A stretch of 63,297 nucleotides of DNA, filler included, from Octopus bimaculoides (GCF_001194135.2; 8 parts of 7 records of this genome joined end to end with filler, not necessarily neighbours in it), one strand, 5' to 3'. Shown: positions 1-14,651, counted from the whole stretch's first letter. Numbers and translations: made by a program. Notes: generated by a model not told the origin, from the sequence alone.

Positions 1-45
<45 letters not shown>

Positions 46-422
46 CAAAGTATGTGTCATTTTTTTTATGCGTATACACACACGGGCGATTTATTCTATA
101 TATATGGAAGTATATATGAGTGATCGATTTTGTGCGTGTGTGTATGCACTTGTATGGTCATATGCGTGGGTGTATGCGTTTGTGTGTGTATATGCGTATA
201 TATGTCTGTGTGGTTAATGATATTTGATTTATTTTGGCCTATTCAATAAAGTTGTATTATAGTTTCAACTTTGAATATAACTCTTACATTATGAGTGTAT
301 AAAAGTTGTGGGTGGTGTTGTTAGCATATATGCCAGCCTGTATGTGCATGTGTGTAAGTGAGAGTGTGTATGTGTGTGGGTGTAATTATTAGGGGACAAG
401 ACTATGGGGCGAAAGAAATAGG

Positions 423-465
<43 letters not shown>

Positions 466-1356
466 NNNNNNNNNNNNNNNNNNNNNNNNNNNNNNNNNNN
501 NNNNNNNNNNNNNNNNNNNNNNNNNNNNNNNNNNNNNNNNNNNNNNNNNNNNNNNNNNNNNNNNNNNNNNNNNNNNNNNNNNNNNNNNNNNNNNNNNNNN
601 NNNNNNNNNNNNNNNNNNNNNNNNNNNNNNNNNNNNNNNNNNNNNNNNNNNNNNNNNNNNNNNNNNNNNNNNNNNNNNNNNNNNNNNNNNNNNNNNNNNN
701 NNNNNNNNNNNNNNNNNNNNNNNNNNNNNNNNNNNNNNNNNNNNNNNNNNNNNNNNNNNNNNNNNNNNNNNNNNNNNNNNNNNNNNNNNNNNNNNNNNNN
801 NNNNNNNNNNNNNNNNNNNNNNNNNNNNNNNNNNNNNNNNNNNNNNNNNNNNNNNNNNNNNNNNNNNNNNNNNNNNNNNNNNNNNNNNNNNNNNNNNNNN
901 NNNNNNNNNNNNNNNNNNNNNNNNNNNNNNNNNNNNNNNNNNNNNNNNNNNNNNNNNNNNNNNNNNNNNNNNNNNNNNNNNNNNNNNNNNNNNNNNNNNN
1001 NNNNNNNNNNNNNNNNNNNNNNNNNNNNNNNNNNNNNNNNNNNNNNNNNNNNNNNNNNNNNNNNNNNNNNNNNNNNNNNNNNNNNNNNNNNNNNNNNNNN
1101 NNNNNNNNNNNNNNNNNNNNNNNNNNNNNNNNNNNNNNNNNNNNNNNNNNNNNNNNNNNNNNNNNNNNNNNNNNNNNNNNNNNNNNNNNNNNNNNNNNNN
1201 NNNNNNNNNNNNNNNNNNNNNNNNNNNNNNNNNNNNNNNNNNNNNNNNNNNNNNNNNNNNNNNNNNNNNNNNNNNNNNNNNNNNNNNNNNNNNNNNNNNN
1301 NNNNNNNNNNNNNNNNNNNNNNNNNNNNNNNNNNNNNNNNNNNNNNNNNNNNNNNN

Positions 1357-1395
<39 letters not shown>

Positions 1396-1541
1396 GAGAG
1401 GGAGAGGTAAAAACAAATAACCAATGAATGCAGGCAACATGATGGAGAAGACGTGATCAAATATGCCGGAGTTAACTATTCAACACTATCAAACGAAATT
1501 CTTCCATTAGCAAAAATAAACAACAACAAAAAGAAACAAGT

Positions 1542-1612
<71 letters not shown>

Positions 1613-1897
1613 CAGTGTAGAATGAGAAATGAATAAAAATAAATCGTAAGAAATCTACTGCTAGAACCAGGCCTGTTATGCTGTGAAACTATCAAGGCAC
1701 TGAATGGAAATAGTAAAGGATAATGTTTCGACTACATTATTTGGAAAATTGTTTCAGGAATCTACTATTCCGAACCAAAAGAATTTGACATAGTCTTTCA
1801 TCTCACACCATTTCTTTCATTTAACCTGTAGGGCTGTCTCTCTTGTAATATGCACATGTTATTCCAACGCATACACACATACATACACAGAAACACA

Positions 1898-1940
<43 letters not shown>

Positions 1941-4900
1941 GCACACGCACACACATATATGTGATTGCTCATATGCACGTATGTATGCATATATGAATGA
2001 TATGTTTGTATGTATAATAGGATGTATGTTATGTTTTAAAAGGATTTGGGGGTTTATAAGACCTTAAAAGAACAAGCGTACCTCAACAGCTGAAGGATTA
2101 CAGTTTCTTCTGTTTAGGTTTCATCAGTCAATATGAATTTAGTCCAAGTTTGCAATTCACTCAATGTACAGAATATCTCATACAGTGGTGTGTAGGTGTA
2201 TGCGTATATAATATGATTGTTATAATATAATATATAATAATATAATATAATGTATATATATATATATAAACATTTAAGGAATGGAGAAAACGCATGCTAT
2301 AATTGCATACTTTATTCCTACATATGTTTCAAAAGATTACAACCTATGTGATCCATAGGGATCTGTGATATTAAAATTGTAACCTTCTCATCAGAGAAAG
2401 CATGGGAATCATCTTAAACGTAAGACATTATGACCGAGTATGAAAACAATAGATGGATAGGGTTATGACTTGATTCATTTGAAAAAAAAACGTTAGAGAA
2501 TTGGACGCTACCGGATACTGGGTTGGACAACACATACATATAAATGTGTGAAAACATACATGCATACATAAATACATATACACATATACATACATACATA
2601 CATATATATACACATATTTCTAATTGTTACACAAATTTTGGGTAAAACCTCCACTTTTACCCGCTCCCATTGATTGCACCTAGTATAGCACTAGCGTAGC
2701 AATAATTGGGTACCCTCCCAGCAGTATACTGGATAGATACTATCCCTTAGTGGGTTGTACCCCCAACCCCTAACTCTCTCACGTTATATATATATATATA
2801 TATATACACACACATATACACGCATACGTCCACATTTACACATATGCACATACGTACCCACGCATATACAAATATACACATATGTGTACATGTCCCCAAA
2901 CACACGCATATACATATATATATACATATACATGTGTGTATATATGAAGGTAACATCGTCGTTAAAGAATCACAAGTTAACTCGAAATGAGTGGTAACAA
3001 CTGGAAGAACGGAGTAAAAACAATCACGATAAAATGAATATGGGAAAAGTCTACATCATTCGACCTCAATGAATTGTTATTGTTCTTGAAAGTTTTTTTT
3101 TTTTATACTAACAATGGACTGCTCGAAGCTAACTAACTTCCTACACGTATGTCTTTGAATTTTACGATTACGTATCAATATATCTATTATGTGTAGTGGG
3201 CAAACCCAGATACACATACATAAGCACACATGCGAAGCACATAGGCATGTGTACACACACGCGCGCACGCAACGCAAATACAAACACACACGTGCGCACG
3301 TTCTCAAGAGGTCAGAGATGTGTGACGAAAGATTTCTTGACAATGGGCGTAAGATAGAATAAGAACAATAATAAACGAATGAAGAACGAATATACAGTGC
3401 GTGTGTTTATTTGACAAAAAAAATGACCGTCCCGCAATATAACTATATATGTATATATATATATATATAAACAATATATGAGTATATGCATATATATGTA
3501 CATGTATGTACATACCTTCATCCACATGTACACATAGATACATAACTGGGTACATGACGTGGCAAAAGAACATGGACAAAATGATAAACAAGGTACAATA
3601 AACAAGCAAGCCACATAAAAACATCTCCTTCATCAGCTGCCACCATTAAAACACCGGCGTTTCGAAGAATTAAGGCAGTACGCATCATTGAAATGGTTCT
3701 TCCCACGAACACAAATTAAATCATTTTCGTGGAGGATAGTGGCGGACGGAAAACAAGACAGGAAAACGAAACGGTGAATAAACANNNNNNNNNNNNNNNN
3801 NNNNNNNNNNNNNNNNNNNNNNNNNNNNNNNNNNNNNNNNNNNNNNNNNNNNNNNNNNNNNNNNNNNNNNNNNNNNNNNNNNNNNNNNNNNNNNNNNNNN
3901 NNNNNNNNNNNNNNNNNNNNNNNNNNNNNNNNNNNNNNNNNNNNNNNNNNNNNNNGCGAAGCACATAGGCATGTGTACACACACGCGCGCACGCAACGCA
4001 AATACAAACACACACGTGCGCACGTTCTCAAGAGGTCAGAGATGTGTGACGAAAGATTTCTTGACAATGGGCGTAAGATAGAATAAGAACAATAATAAAC
4101 GAATGAAGAACGAATATACAGTGCGTGTGTTTATTTGACAAAAAAAATGACCGTCCCGCAATATAACTATATATGTATATATATATATATATTTATATAT
4201 AATATATGTTTCAATCATTGACTGCAGCCATGTTGGGGCACCACCTTGTAGAATTTAGTTGAACCAGTTGAATCTAGTACTTACTTTAAATCACTAGCCT
4301 TGCTCTCTGTTACTTGATAACAAAGACAAACAAATACACACATGCACACGCAAACACACGTGCAAGCATAAACTGACACACATACACATGCCCGCACATA
4401 CATACACATACACATACACATGCACGGCTAATGTCGTACGAAGAGATTCGTAATTCAGTTATGAAAGTGAAGGTGGTGGTGATGATGATGATGATGACGA
4501 TGATGACAACGACGAAGACCAGACGATGACGATGATGGTGAGATGATGAAGACAATGATTACGGTGATGATTACGATGATGATTATGATGATGACTTTGA
4601 TATTTGATATTATTCCGTTAGAGAGGTAGAACAGTAGAAATGTTTGAGGGTCGAACAAAATATTTTGTAGAATTTGCTTTACCTTTTCTTTTATATTCAG
4701 ACTCCGCTGAACTCAACTTTGTGTCTCCTACCCCAGATGTCGCTAGAATAATTTTTCCGTCGTTTTATCCGACTGTAGATTTGCGGCAACCGGCATTGGT
4801 TTAACGTAGTACCGAACACACTGAAAATACATTGACGGACGCCTAAAACCGACAACCGAGACCGCAATTCACATTTGATTAGCATAAACAAATGAAGACT

Positions 4901-5679
4901 TAACCGCTATTGCATAGCCCACTGGATTTTCCCTGATTTCAGAGTGATACTAACCAGATATATACATCAACTTATTCAAATACCGGTGAAAAGATTACTA
5001 GAAATATTGTAAAATTCAGAGATGAGCTTATAAAAAGCCAAGTGTTAGAGAAATATAAAGACAGCCTTTACGCCGCAGTGAGAAAGAAATGGCTTATTTC
5101 ATAGATTGTGTATATAATACTATTACAACATAATACAAATGTAATTATAACAATTCGTGATTGTTTTATATGGTTATCATGACACAGCCACGACACAATT
5201 GTTTGTTTCAGTTTCGTCACGCTATTCTATATGAAATTCTTTGCCAAAAAATCTATGCATACATTCACATTTCTACCAACACACATACACATTTATGCAC
5301 ATGCGCACACACTGACTGTTTATACTGTTAGAAAAATAAATTGTGACAAGGTTAGTTTGTATGTATTTAAAGACGTTTTTGTTAGATCTTAATACGTGTT
5401 TCGACTATTCAATTTCCTTGGCGCTGTTGTTGAAAGAAAAGTTATATTTTTAAAGAAAAGTTATATTTGTATCGATAGGCTGTTCCATTTAAAATAATCT
5501 TATTTATGATAAAAGTTGTGGTTAATTAGTCAAACAAGATATCGGGAGTAAGTGAATACCGTATGTAAAAATATGATATCCACTCGCCTAAGAAACAGAA
5601 CTATTCAACACAATTATATTTAGAATCATATTACCTGCCGTGGATATTTTAACTGAAGAAATAGACCAGATTTACTTCC

Positions 5680-5870
5680 CCAGCCATAATGCTAATAAGC
5701 GGTTCCCTGGATCCTGTGGCGTTCCGTTGGAGGATTACTAATTTCTCCGGCTGACTTGTTGGGAAATAAATTGTTTTGCTCAAGCACAGAATGCATCTCC
5801 TGGTCGAGGAATCGAAGCTACAATCTTACGATCATGAGAGCAGCATCCTAACCACTGAACACACGGATAC
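5680..5870 (-). mobile_element. tRNA-derived SINE (family D)
   Basis: Reverse strand: A-box-like CAGTGGTTAGGATGC, B-box-like GCTTCGATTCC, then TTGAGCAAAACA..TTTATTTC shared with copies at 12893 and 52700. Confidence 0.6.
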
Positions 5871-6189
5871 CTGAGCTAAAACTCCAAATGTAGGTTTCCT
5901 CAAGAATCAAATATTTCAGAGATACATAATTTGTAATTAGAGACGTCATGATAATTTTCTTTGTTCAGAATTTTAGTTTAGAAGAAGTCAGTTCCAAATG
6001 ATTTATTGAAACAGTAAATTATTTCAGCTGCGAAGTGTCAATCCAACATCTGAATCTATCAAATAGTTGTAGAAACGAGATTATATATATCATCCAGTTG
6101 ATGGACCTTTAAGGTGACGAACCTTTATGAGATGATTGCCCACAAAATGTGCAGTCAGTGTCTAACTGGTAAAAAAAGCTGCAAAAAGC

Positions 6190-6625
6190 TATACCTTCAG
6201 TCGACAGCAAAAATAGGTAACCATGCCTTCCTGCCCTTAAGACTTCACTTTTAACTATATCGTATCCGTCATTCTGAAGCGAGCTAGTAAAGTCATTGAT
6301 TATCTTCTGTTGTCTTCCATGATATCTTCATCCTGCCAGCTGCCTGGTTTTCACAAAGTGCTCGATTCTATCTCTTCCCTTATAAAGTACAATGAACTGA
6401 GCCTGCTGTCTGGTTATAGTGTTGATAAACCTGGTGATAGTCTTTGCTCATCTTATTACCGCGTTGTCTATAACATGTATATCATTCTTTTAAGAAACCA
6501 CATTTCTGAAGCATTTACGAGCTTTTAAATTTGTTTGGTGATGTTCCAGGCCACATATCCAAACTTAAGGATGGGTCCTATGTATCTCCCTAGGTTCCTT
6601 TTTCCTCTCTCACTCTCTCTTTCTT

Positions 6626-6697
<72 letters not shown>

Positions 6698-6835
6698 TCT
6701 CTCATTTTTTTAATAATATATATTTGATCTCGCTAAAAGCACGTTAAATCTGTTCAGTTTTTGACTACACTTCTTTGAAATTTTTCCCATCTGAAGTAAT
6801 GAATATTTGAAGCTGTCTATATGTGTATTTGTTGA
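6190..6835 (-). mobile_element. Degenerate RTE-clade LINE, 3' part of ORF2
   Basis: Manual translation with stops/frameshifts: IDSFKY..LTSDGK, RYIGPILKFGYVAWNITKQI*KLVNASEMWFLKRMI, TRQQAQF..RIEHFVKTRQLAG*R..GRQ, matching RTE FKYLGS / LYGCESW / EMWFLRRM / GKRSRGR motifs; interrupted by (CT)n at ~6605-6705. Confidence 0.8.
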
Positions 6836-6839
6836 GGGG

Positions 6840-7290
6840 AAAAATAATAGCTAATGCTCTTCACCTTCTGAGAAGTGTCAATGAAAGAACAGTTGAACTA
6901 CACTAAAAACTATATTCACGATAGATGGTATAACTCTAAATGGTAAGAACTTATGTATGATATTGATTACAAGCAGAAATAAACAAAGTTAGAAATTATA
7001 TAGGACAGAATGTGAAAGTGAAGAGCGGACCAGGACAAGCGTCTCTGTTACTCCTAAATTCGTTTTCATTGGTATGTTACCAGGTATGCAAATTGGAGAA
7101 TAAAATATCAACCGACGATACATCCCTCATAGCATTAACAGTGAAAGATGTACAAATTCTAGTTGGTACTATTAATGATGAGAGTGAAAATACGAATCTT
7201 AGTCTTCGTACCAAAACCCAGAGACAATTACCACATCAAAGAATGTACTTCCCATTTGCAACATAAGAATTAATGGAATGAAAAAGTTTA
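6840..7290 (+). mobile_element. Degenerate RTE-clade LINE RT fragment, inverted relative to the adjacent 3' part
   Basis: NALHLLRSVNERTVELH*KLY, VKVKSGPGQASLL (GVRQG motif), ISTDDTSLIALTVKDVQILV (YADD region), KT..NVLPICNIRING. Confidence 0.8.
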
Positions 7291-8369
7291 CATAAATTTA
7301 CATTGATGCCAGAGTTTCCTTTTTACGTAAGGCTGTCAATTGATAAGTCACAAAATAACATTGATTCTCATGGTCATTAATCTCCCTCTCGGTATTCTTA
7401 GAAAGTTATTTTAGCACTTCTCTAAGTTTCGTATTACATAAGAAGCAGTAAAGTCTTCCGACAGGAACTATGGTTGGATTTGTTCCATTGACTTTCTTTC
7501 AACCTGTCAGTAAATTCTAATCATTTCTTTTAAAATAAAACTCAATATTTATAGAAGAGATATTAAAATGGCGCATTCGTTGCTCTCCCCAACTCCTGTA
7601 TAGTCGAATGACTTATTTCCCTTTCCGTCACACTATGCATGCCTAATAAAACTACGTAAAGTGTATAATGTGTAGGTATATATGACGGTATATGACCGGC
7701 CATCTTGAATACAATAACATTCTGAAATCTATATAGTACTATTATAAGGCATTCATGCCTTCCCCAATGTTATGTGCAGAATAAGCGAAATTTGTCCAAT
7801 CAGAATTCAGAAAAGACTTTTCTTTGTTGACTTGTTTTATCACCATTATCATCTGTAAAACTCAAAATATACTTTCTCGTATTGGCATTCACCTTTGCCA
7901 TAACAACTTTCTTTTTATAATATCATCAACGAGTTTTTCTCCTATGAATTATCCTCCATCGTAATTCGTTTCACTTTTATCGCCTAGAAGACCTCCCCAT
8001 GTAGATTAGATAAGAATTATCTTCAAACGATGCAAAGGAATGTTTTAACATCATCCTCACCCTCACGCCACCACCATTCTCTAACTTTTGGCTTGTTCTT
8101 TTCTTTTTCTTGTTTTCTCTGAGATGAAACAGCAAAACATCTTTATTGATTATATTTTCTTGTTTATTTTTGTTTACTTTTCAGTTCTTATTTATGGCCA
8201 CTTTCAGTGTTTTCGTCTCAGATAAAATTTCCCTATCCATCCCTTACCTCTTCCTTATTCCTTAGCTCTTCTTCCTCCCTCCCTCACGGCCCAAATTGAA
8301 TGAGTCGACGAGATAAAATAATGAAACACTCCAAAAGACAAACCAGTCTTTGATTGTTACGTATTATTA

Positions 8370-9350
8370 TCACCACCACCACCAACCNNNNNNNNNNNNN
8401 NNNNNNNNNNNNNNNNNNNNNNNNNNNNNNNNNNNNNNNNNNNNNNNNNNNNNNNNNNNNNNNNNNNNNNNNNNNNNNNNNNNNNACCAACACCACCATC
8501 ACCACCAACACCAACACCACCACCACCACCACCAACAACAACACCAACACCACCACCACCAACACCAACACCAACACCAATACCACCACCACCACCACCA
8601 ACACCGACATCACTACACAACTACCGCCGCCACCACATCGGCACCACTATCGCTACCACCATTACCACCAGATCTGAAACTATCATAAGTTTTAGCATCA
8701 TCACCAACACCACCCTCACGATCGCCACTGTCGCTGCCACATCTGTTATCATCACTGACACCACCATCATTACTATCACATACAGCAACAGCAACGTCAC
8801 CACCGTCAACATCACCACCATCATCCTCTCCTGCAACAATACTACCAACCCAACAATAAGAAAACACCACTACCTCGCCACCACAAGCACTAACCACCAC
8901 TGCTATTATCAACAATTTTAGCACCACCACTACCACCACCGCCACCACTAACATTTCAGCCACTACCAACAAACCAAAATCCCTAATACAGTATCTCCAC
9001 TACTTTCACCAACACCAAAGCCGCATCCACCTCCATCACTGCTACCACCACCACCACCACTACCGCCACCATCACTTCCACCACTACCTCCACCCCCACC
9101 ACCATCGTCTTTCTCATCAGTACTAATACCACCCTACCACTTCTATCAACACCACTACCCTTACATCACCATCTCTGTCACTACCACCACCAGCACCACC
9201 ACCACCTCAACACCACCACCACCACCACCATCACGACCACCACCATCACCACCACTACCATCACCACCAACAACACCAGATCATCACCATCACAACAGTA
9301 ACACTAACATTATCATCACCATCAACACCTCCATTAGTTGTTCCGCCACC
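8370..9350. repeat. (ACC/CAC)-derived trinucleotide low-complexity tract
   Basis: ~1 kb of degenerate CAC/ACC/AAC triplets with an internal gap; frame shifts repeatedly. Confidence 0.9.
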
Positions 9351-11869
9351 ATCTCCACTACTTGTATCATCTCCACCATCAGTACATATGTGGGCAGTAA
9401 CCCTAAAATATAATCTGATTGAGAATAATAATGAAGAAGTAGGAAGAGAACTTGGAGAGAATCACACATAGTTTCCAAAGAATTTATTGGCCATTTATTG
9501 CAATGTTTGGTATTTGAGAGGGCATTGGTTGATGCTATTTGTTAACACATAAAATATTTGGCTGCCTTGTGTAAAAGGCCACATAATCTAAACTCCACGT
9601 GTTTTTTCTGTGATATTAAGACAAAAATCTGATATATATTTTCCTAAAGTCAATATTGTAAGCTGTAATACGATAGCGTTTAAAGAAACTGCATAGCTTC
9701 AGCTGTGAATATTAGATATTACAGTCCGGATTTAATGTAAGATATCAACAAGAGTCATCTTTCGTATGTGTAAATAAATTATATGACATCAACTCTACCC
9801 CACGAAGAAGTCATAACGTCCGCTGTTTAGATCCAGTTGGCATGGCATTGAATTACAGGGATAAGTGATAAATCTACCCCTGGATATAGAACCAGAAAAC
9901 GTTAGGTAACATTTTTAACAGAAGATATGTCCCTTACTTACAAAATTTCAATGGTAAGTAGTATCATATAATGTCAAGTGCCATACAAAGAAATACAAGA
10001 AAATTGTGTTGGATTCGAACTGGACCCTATAGAGTTGATATTTATGCTTGATATTGAAAAATCATTTCACTTAAGCATATTGATAGGTTCAGGACATTAT
10101 TTTTTTTAGTGTGGGAGACTTCATCTATCGCTCAGCAACACCGTGAACTAGTTCTTCGGGTATTTGGTAGAGTTCATTCTGTTATAAGCATGCATTTCAT
10201 GTCCTGTCGCTTCCTTATATCTGTCACTGCGACCCTTAGAAAACTTTTAAAAAACTTCCTTTTCTGAACTAAATTCTGAGTTAATTAAAAACAAAAATTC
10301 TAAAATAAAGCTAAAGATAAAATTGATTAAAGCAGCTATATGTCAATTAATGCAAGAACCCATCTATTTATGCATTTAGTTTCGTTACCTGCTATTTCTG
10401 GCGGGGTCATTAAGGCACCTCATCCATACAGTCCGATCAGAAGCAAACATTATTAAACCTTTCTGCTAGATTTCAAAATATAACCAACTAAGATCTTGTT
10501 GGCTGCTTTCGATTTCCTGTCGGTCGGTTCTGCTTTGTGATCATTTCTTGCGGGACTCTAGCATGATGTGCGTAGTACCGGAGTTCTGACGTCTTAAAGT
10601 GAAGTAGTGACTCGACCTGCAAGAGAATCATCTGAAGGAAATCTAAAATTATAATAGCTGTTGTTAGTATTTAACACGAGATCAGTCATTACTGATCAAA
10701 CCTGTACAAGTTGCTTTCCAGCTGTGACTGTTTTGTCTTTTTTCTTAGGCACAGTGAACCTAAGATTACGTTATCAAATGTATTACTATTTTTTTATGAC
10801 AGCAGGGTCAGATATGAAATAGGAACTCTAGCACGCATAAGGTGACTGACTAGTGGTTGCATGTGTTAATGTTCTTGTTTAACCCCAAGTCAACAATAAT
10901 TAAATAGTCCTGTTATCACAGATTTCCAGCCATGCCAGTTTATCTAGAATAATTATATTGTCCTTTAATCTAGTAGGAATTTGGTTACTTTTTTTTTAAC
11001 AAGCCTTTGTTAAAAACTGAAAGTGGATGGGTAACAGTGCGGAATGCATCAGACTCTCGACAAATATTTCGATACTTTTTGATATGTTTCGGTCTTACTA
11101 GAATTCTTGAGCAAAGTATCATCTCCTTCATATTCACCAATCATTAATATAACAGTGACAATATATAGATATTTAGAGGACAAATATTGATAATGGTTTC
11201 AGATTTTCGCCCAAAGCCAGCAGATTTAAGAGTGTAGGTATAGCCGGTTACATCGACCGCAGTGCTCGACTGGTACACCGCTGGGCATATTGTGTAGCCT
11301 AGTAACGATTCTGCCAGCTCGCAGCCTTCTGCCAAGGTTAAAAATGCAAATGAAACTAATCATAACAAAGACAAATTTGAAAAGAGAAAATACTTACATA
11401 CTAGGAACAATATAGGAACAGGCCTACCTTCTTAGAGTTCGCATAGGTATATACTGCAACAAGTCGGTCATCTGACTTGCTAGAAATACTGACGCTATAG
11501 GGAATCTGTAGCTTAATCGATAACACGGATGCATTGCAGTGATATATACGGAGTATGATTCCATCTAGTGGGGTTTTACATATAAACTAGAGCTTATTAT
11601 ATCTTTTTTATATATATATTATAATCATTCGTGATATTTGGTATCCAAGCAATGAATTCTAATATAGGTACAAGGCCACGAATTTCGAGTGAAAGGGTTA
11701 TTCGGTTATGTCAGACCAAGAGCTTGATATATATCTTAATTAATCGACACCAGGGTGCAAAGTTGATTTTGGTATCTTTTCAAATCAGGACAAAAAAAAA
11801 AAAACGGAATAACTCCTACAAGGTATGTCGTCGGCTCTCTATCGGATAATGTGACTTCTCCATCCCTGA

Positions 11870-12370
11870 ATCTTTTATTATTACTAGGTAGTTTTCGCAA
11901 ACAAATTGATAAAAAGCAACATTAATATAGATACCAGAAGAATATAAATAAAATGTTATATGATGTTTACTCTACCATATTGAGGTTAGATTCGAACATC
12001 AAGAGAAGTATAATACTATCAAATAGGTCACAAGATTTTGAAATGTGGAAATGTAAAAGAATTTTGAGAATATCGTAAAAAAAACATAAAAACAAAGATA
12101 CGATACTAAAATGGTCAAAGCTAAAAAATTTTTATAAGATACCACCAAAGAAAAAAACTAACATATTTTTGAAACTTAAACAGGAAGAAATTGTTACTAA
12201 ACATTGTTAATAGAAAGAAAAATAAAAGAGAAGAAAGGAAGAGGGGAAACCTAGGATTATGTAGGCGGATAATATCAACGATTAAAATACAGTAGATGTA
12301 GAAATATAGCTGAAAAATAACCGATTGGCGGTCCAACTGAGAAGAGCAGTTGATATTATAGATGAAGATG
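11870..12370 (+). mobile_element. Degenerate RTE-clade LINE 3' end
   Basis: DFEMWKCKRILRIS*KKHKNKDTILKMVK..KKLTYF..GRGKPRIM*ADNI, RTE C-terminal motifs. Confidence 0.7.
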
Positions 12371-12382
12371 AGTAGACGTTAA

Positions 12383-12598
12383 TTCTTTTCTACTCTAGGC
12401 ACAAGACCCGAAATTTTGAGGAAGGGAGCCAGTCGATTAGATCGCTCCCAGTATGCAACTGGTACTTAATTTATCGACCCCAAAAGGATAAACGGCAAAG
12501 TCGACCTCGGCGGAATTTGAACTCAGAACGTAAAGACAGTTGAAATACCTCTAAGTATTTCGCCCGGTATGCTAACGTTTCTGCCAGCTCACCGCCTT
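12383..12598 (-). mobile_element. SINE family A (tRNA-like head AGGCGGCGAGCTGGCAGAA)
   Basis: Reverse complement of copies at 26752, 27706, 30535, 52224; conserved core GAGGTCGACTTTGCCTTTCATCCTTTCGGGGTCGATAAA. Confidence 0.9.
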
Positions 12599-12609
12599 AT
12601 GCAGAGATC

Positions 12610-12880
12610 AATTCTGATGACGCAATTGTAAATGAAGTGGCTTTGAGTACTCCAGTTTCCCTAACTATGGTTTAGCTTAAATACAAATCTGACTCGATTT
12701 AACTTCGTTAATAGGAAGACGGCGGTGTTTTCGGTATGATATAGTTATTTATATCTTCAGCACAAATCTTAATTCGTTGCGAATTCCTTTCCAGTTTTGT
12801 GAGGATATGACCAGAGAAGGATAGGATGGATCACCACAGCATACTGTCAAATGCTTTGTCGATTTCATAAAAACTGGAGT
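12610..12880 (-). mobile_element. Highly degenerate non-LTR RT fragment
   Basis: FYEIDKAFDSMLW (KAFD motif) and a downstream GVL..F.I-like segment. Confidence 0.45.
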
Positions 12881-12892
12881 TGTTAGTGAAGG

Positions 12893-13010
12893 TGCATGGT
12901 CTAGTGGTTAGGGTTTTGCAATGCACGGGTGATGCATTGTGTTCCCGAGAAAAGCAAGACATTTCAATTTGCTCCAGTTCACTCAGCTATAGATGGAAAC
13001 TACAGCAATG
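12893..13010 (+). mobile_element. tRNA-derived SINE (family D), partial
   Basis: GGTCTAGTGGTTAGGG head; GCAAGACATTTCAATTTGCTCCAGTTCACTCAGCT body shared with 52700-52915. Confidence 0.55.
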
Positions 13011-13709
13011 AACAGGCGTCTTCTACATGGAAAGTTCAGTGATCTCGAATACTTATAAGACAAACAACCACCCTAAGAGTTCTAGACCTTGAAACACGAA
13101 TGTCTTGAGCCTGGTGAAACATGATGAAATACATAGATACTGTGTGTTTAATTATCTCACTAAATTTACGTTCATATGATCTAATTTTAAATTTATATTA
13201 ATGGCAAAATTTTGACAGTTAAAGAACGTTTAATAAAGACTAAATATCGAAAATGATGTAAATAAAGGGTTAAAGAATTTGGGTGGTTCTGTTTTGAAAA
13301 TTAGTCTGTTCCCAGTTGGTAATGTTGAGTGATATGAAGGCACGTTGCTTATGGAAACCAGAGAGATATATTTATTTTTCTAGGTTGACATGAAAACTGG
13401 CTTATGTTTTATATAAGCATATATATGTTTAAGCGCACGCACATCCACACATGTACACTTATATGTATTTTTGTGTGTAAAAAGGAACATATAAGTATAT
13501 ATGTATAAATATACATGTATGTATGTGTGTATGTGTGTGTGTCTATATGTGTGTGTGTCTATATGTGTGTGTGCGTGTACAACACATACACAAATGTATG
13601 AGGCGTAAAAGGAAATTTTCTCGTGAATAATACATATATATTGTGTCTGTATCTATCTGTCTGTCTACCTATCTCTCTATCTATCTATCTATCTATTTAT
13701 CTCACGACA

Positions 13710-13760
<51 letters not shown>

Positions 13761-13765
13761 ATGTA

Positions 13766-13800
<35 letters not shown>

Positions 13801-14347
13801 GTATGCATGTATGTTTAGATACATTCATAGATAGATAGATAGATAGATCCATACATACATACATACATACATGCATACACACACATACACACATACATGC
13901 ATAGTCGTGCCTGGTAGTATATCCACTTACGGAGGCACCCACGAAGCAACATCTACACATATACGGACACAAATATATTTATCTCTGTCTATAGATACAC
14001 ATATGTACACAAAACTAGACACAAACAGACACACATACACACACAGGTATATAAATGGGATGTACACAATTTTTTTTGCTTTCTATCCTATGTGCCTGGT
14101 TCTAAGAAAAAAATCATATTTACCAGTAATTCTGCATACGCTGATGAAGGACCCACACAAGCATGTTTTTATGAACGTGCGACCCTTTAGAAACATGATA
14201 TCATATCTGGAGAGAGCATATGCTGCACAGACACACACACACACACACACACACATGCAAGCAGGGGTACACAAACATACAAAAACCCACACACACGTAT
14301 AACACATATATATCTGTATATTTGCATACATATATATATATATACAT

Positions 14348-14400
<53 letters not shown>

Positions 14401-14504
14401 TAGATAGATAGATAGATAGATAGATAAATATATTATAGACTCGCATATATTTATCTGTATTTCTATCTATGTATCTCTATAAATATATATATATATATAT
14501 ACGA

Positions 14505-14651
14505 CGGTCTTCTTTCAGTTTCCGTTTGCCAAATTCACACACAAGGTTTTGGTCGGCCCGAGGCTATAGTAGAAAACACTTGGCTAAGGTGCCACGCAGT
14601 GGGACTGAACCCGGAACCATGTGGCTGGTAAGCAAGCTACTTACCACACAC
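14505..14651 (-). mobile_element. SINE family B, 5' half
   Basis: Reverse complement of GTGTGGTAAG..CAACCACATGGTTCCGGGTTCAGTCCCACTGCGTGGCACCTT..GACGGAAACTGAAAGAAG seen in many copies. Confidence 0.9.

Noticed and set aside
289-1460. Long ORFs spanning N runs (also 17785-18813, 19613-20184, 40287-41868, 53454-54824, 59754-60497)
   Set aside because: Open only because N translates as X and flanking microsatellites lack stops
3218-4200. Near-identical ~250-bp direct repeat either side of a gap (also 24880-24975 and 34890-35050)
   Set aside because: Typical unmerged contig overlap at gap edges, not a biological duplication
8284-9478. Thr/His/Val-rich ORFs resembling a mucin
   Set aside because: Trinucleotide low-complexity DNA, frame not maintained, no splice or signal context
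10666-10935. Two weakly similar ~70-bp modules (third at ~23940-24010)
   Set aside because: Similarity too low to define by eye; probably old repeat fragments
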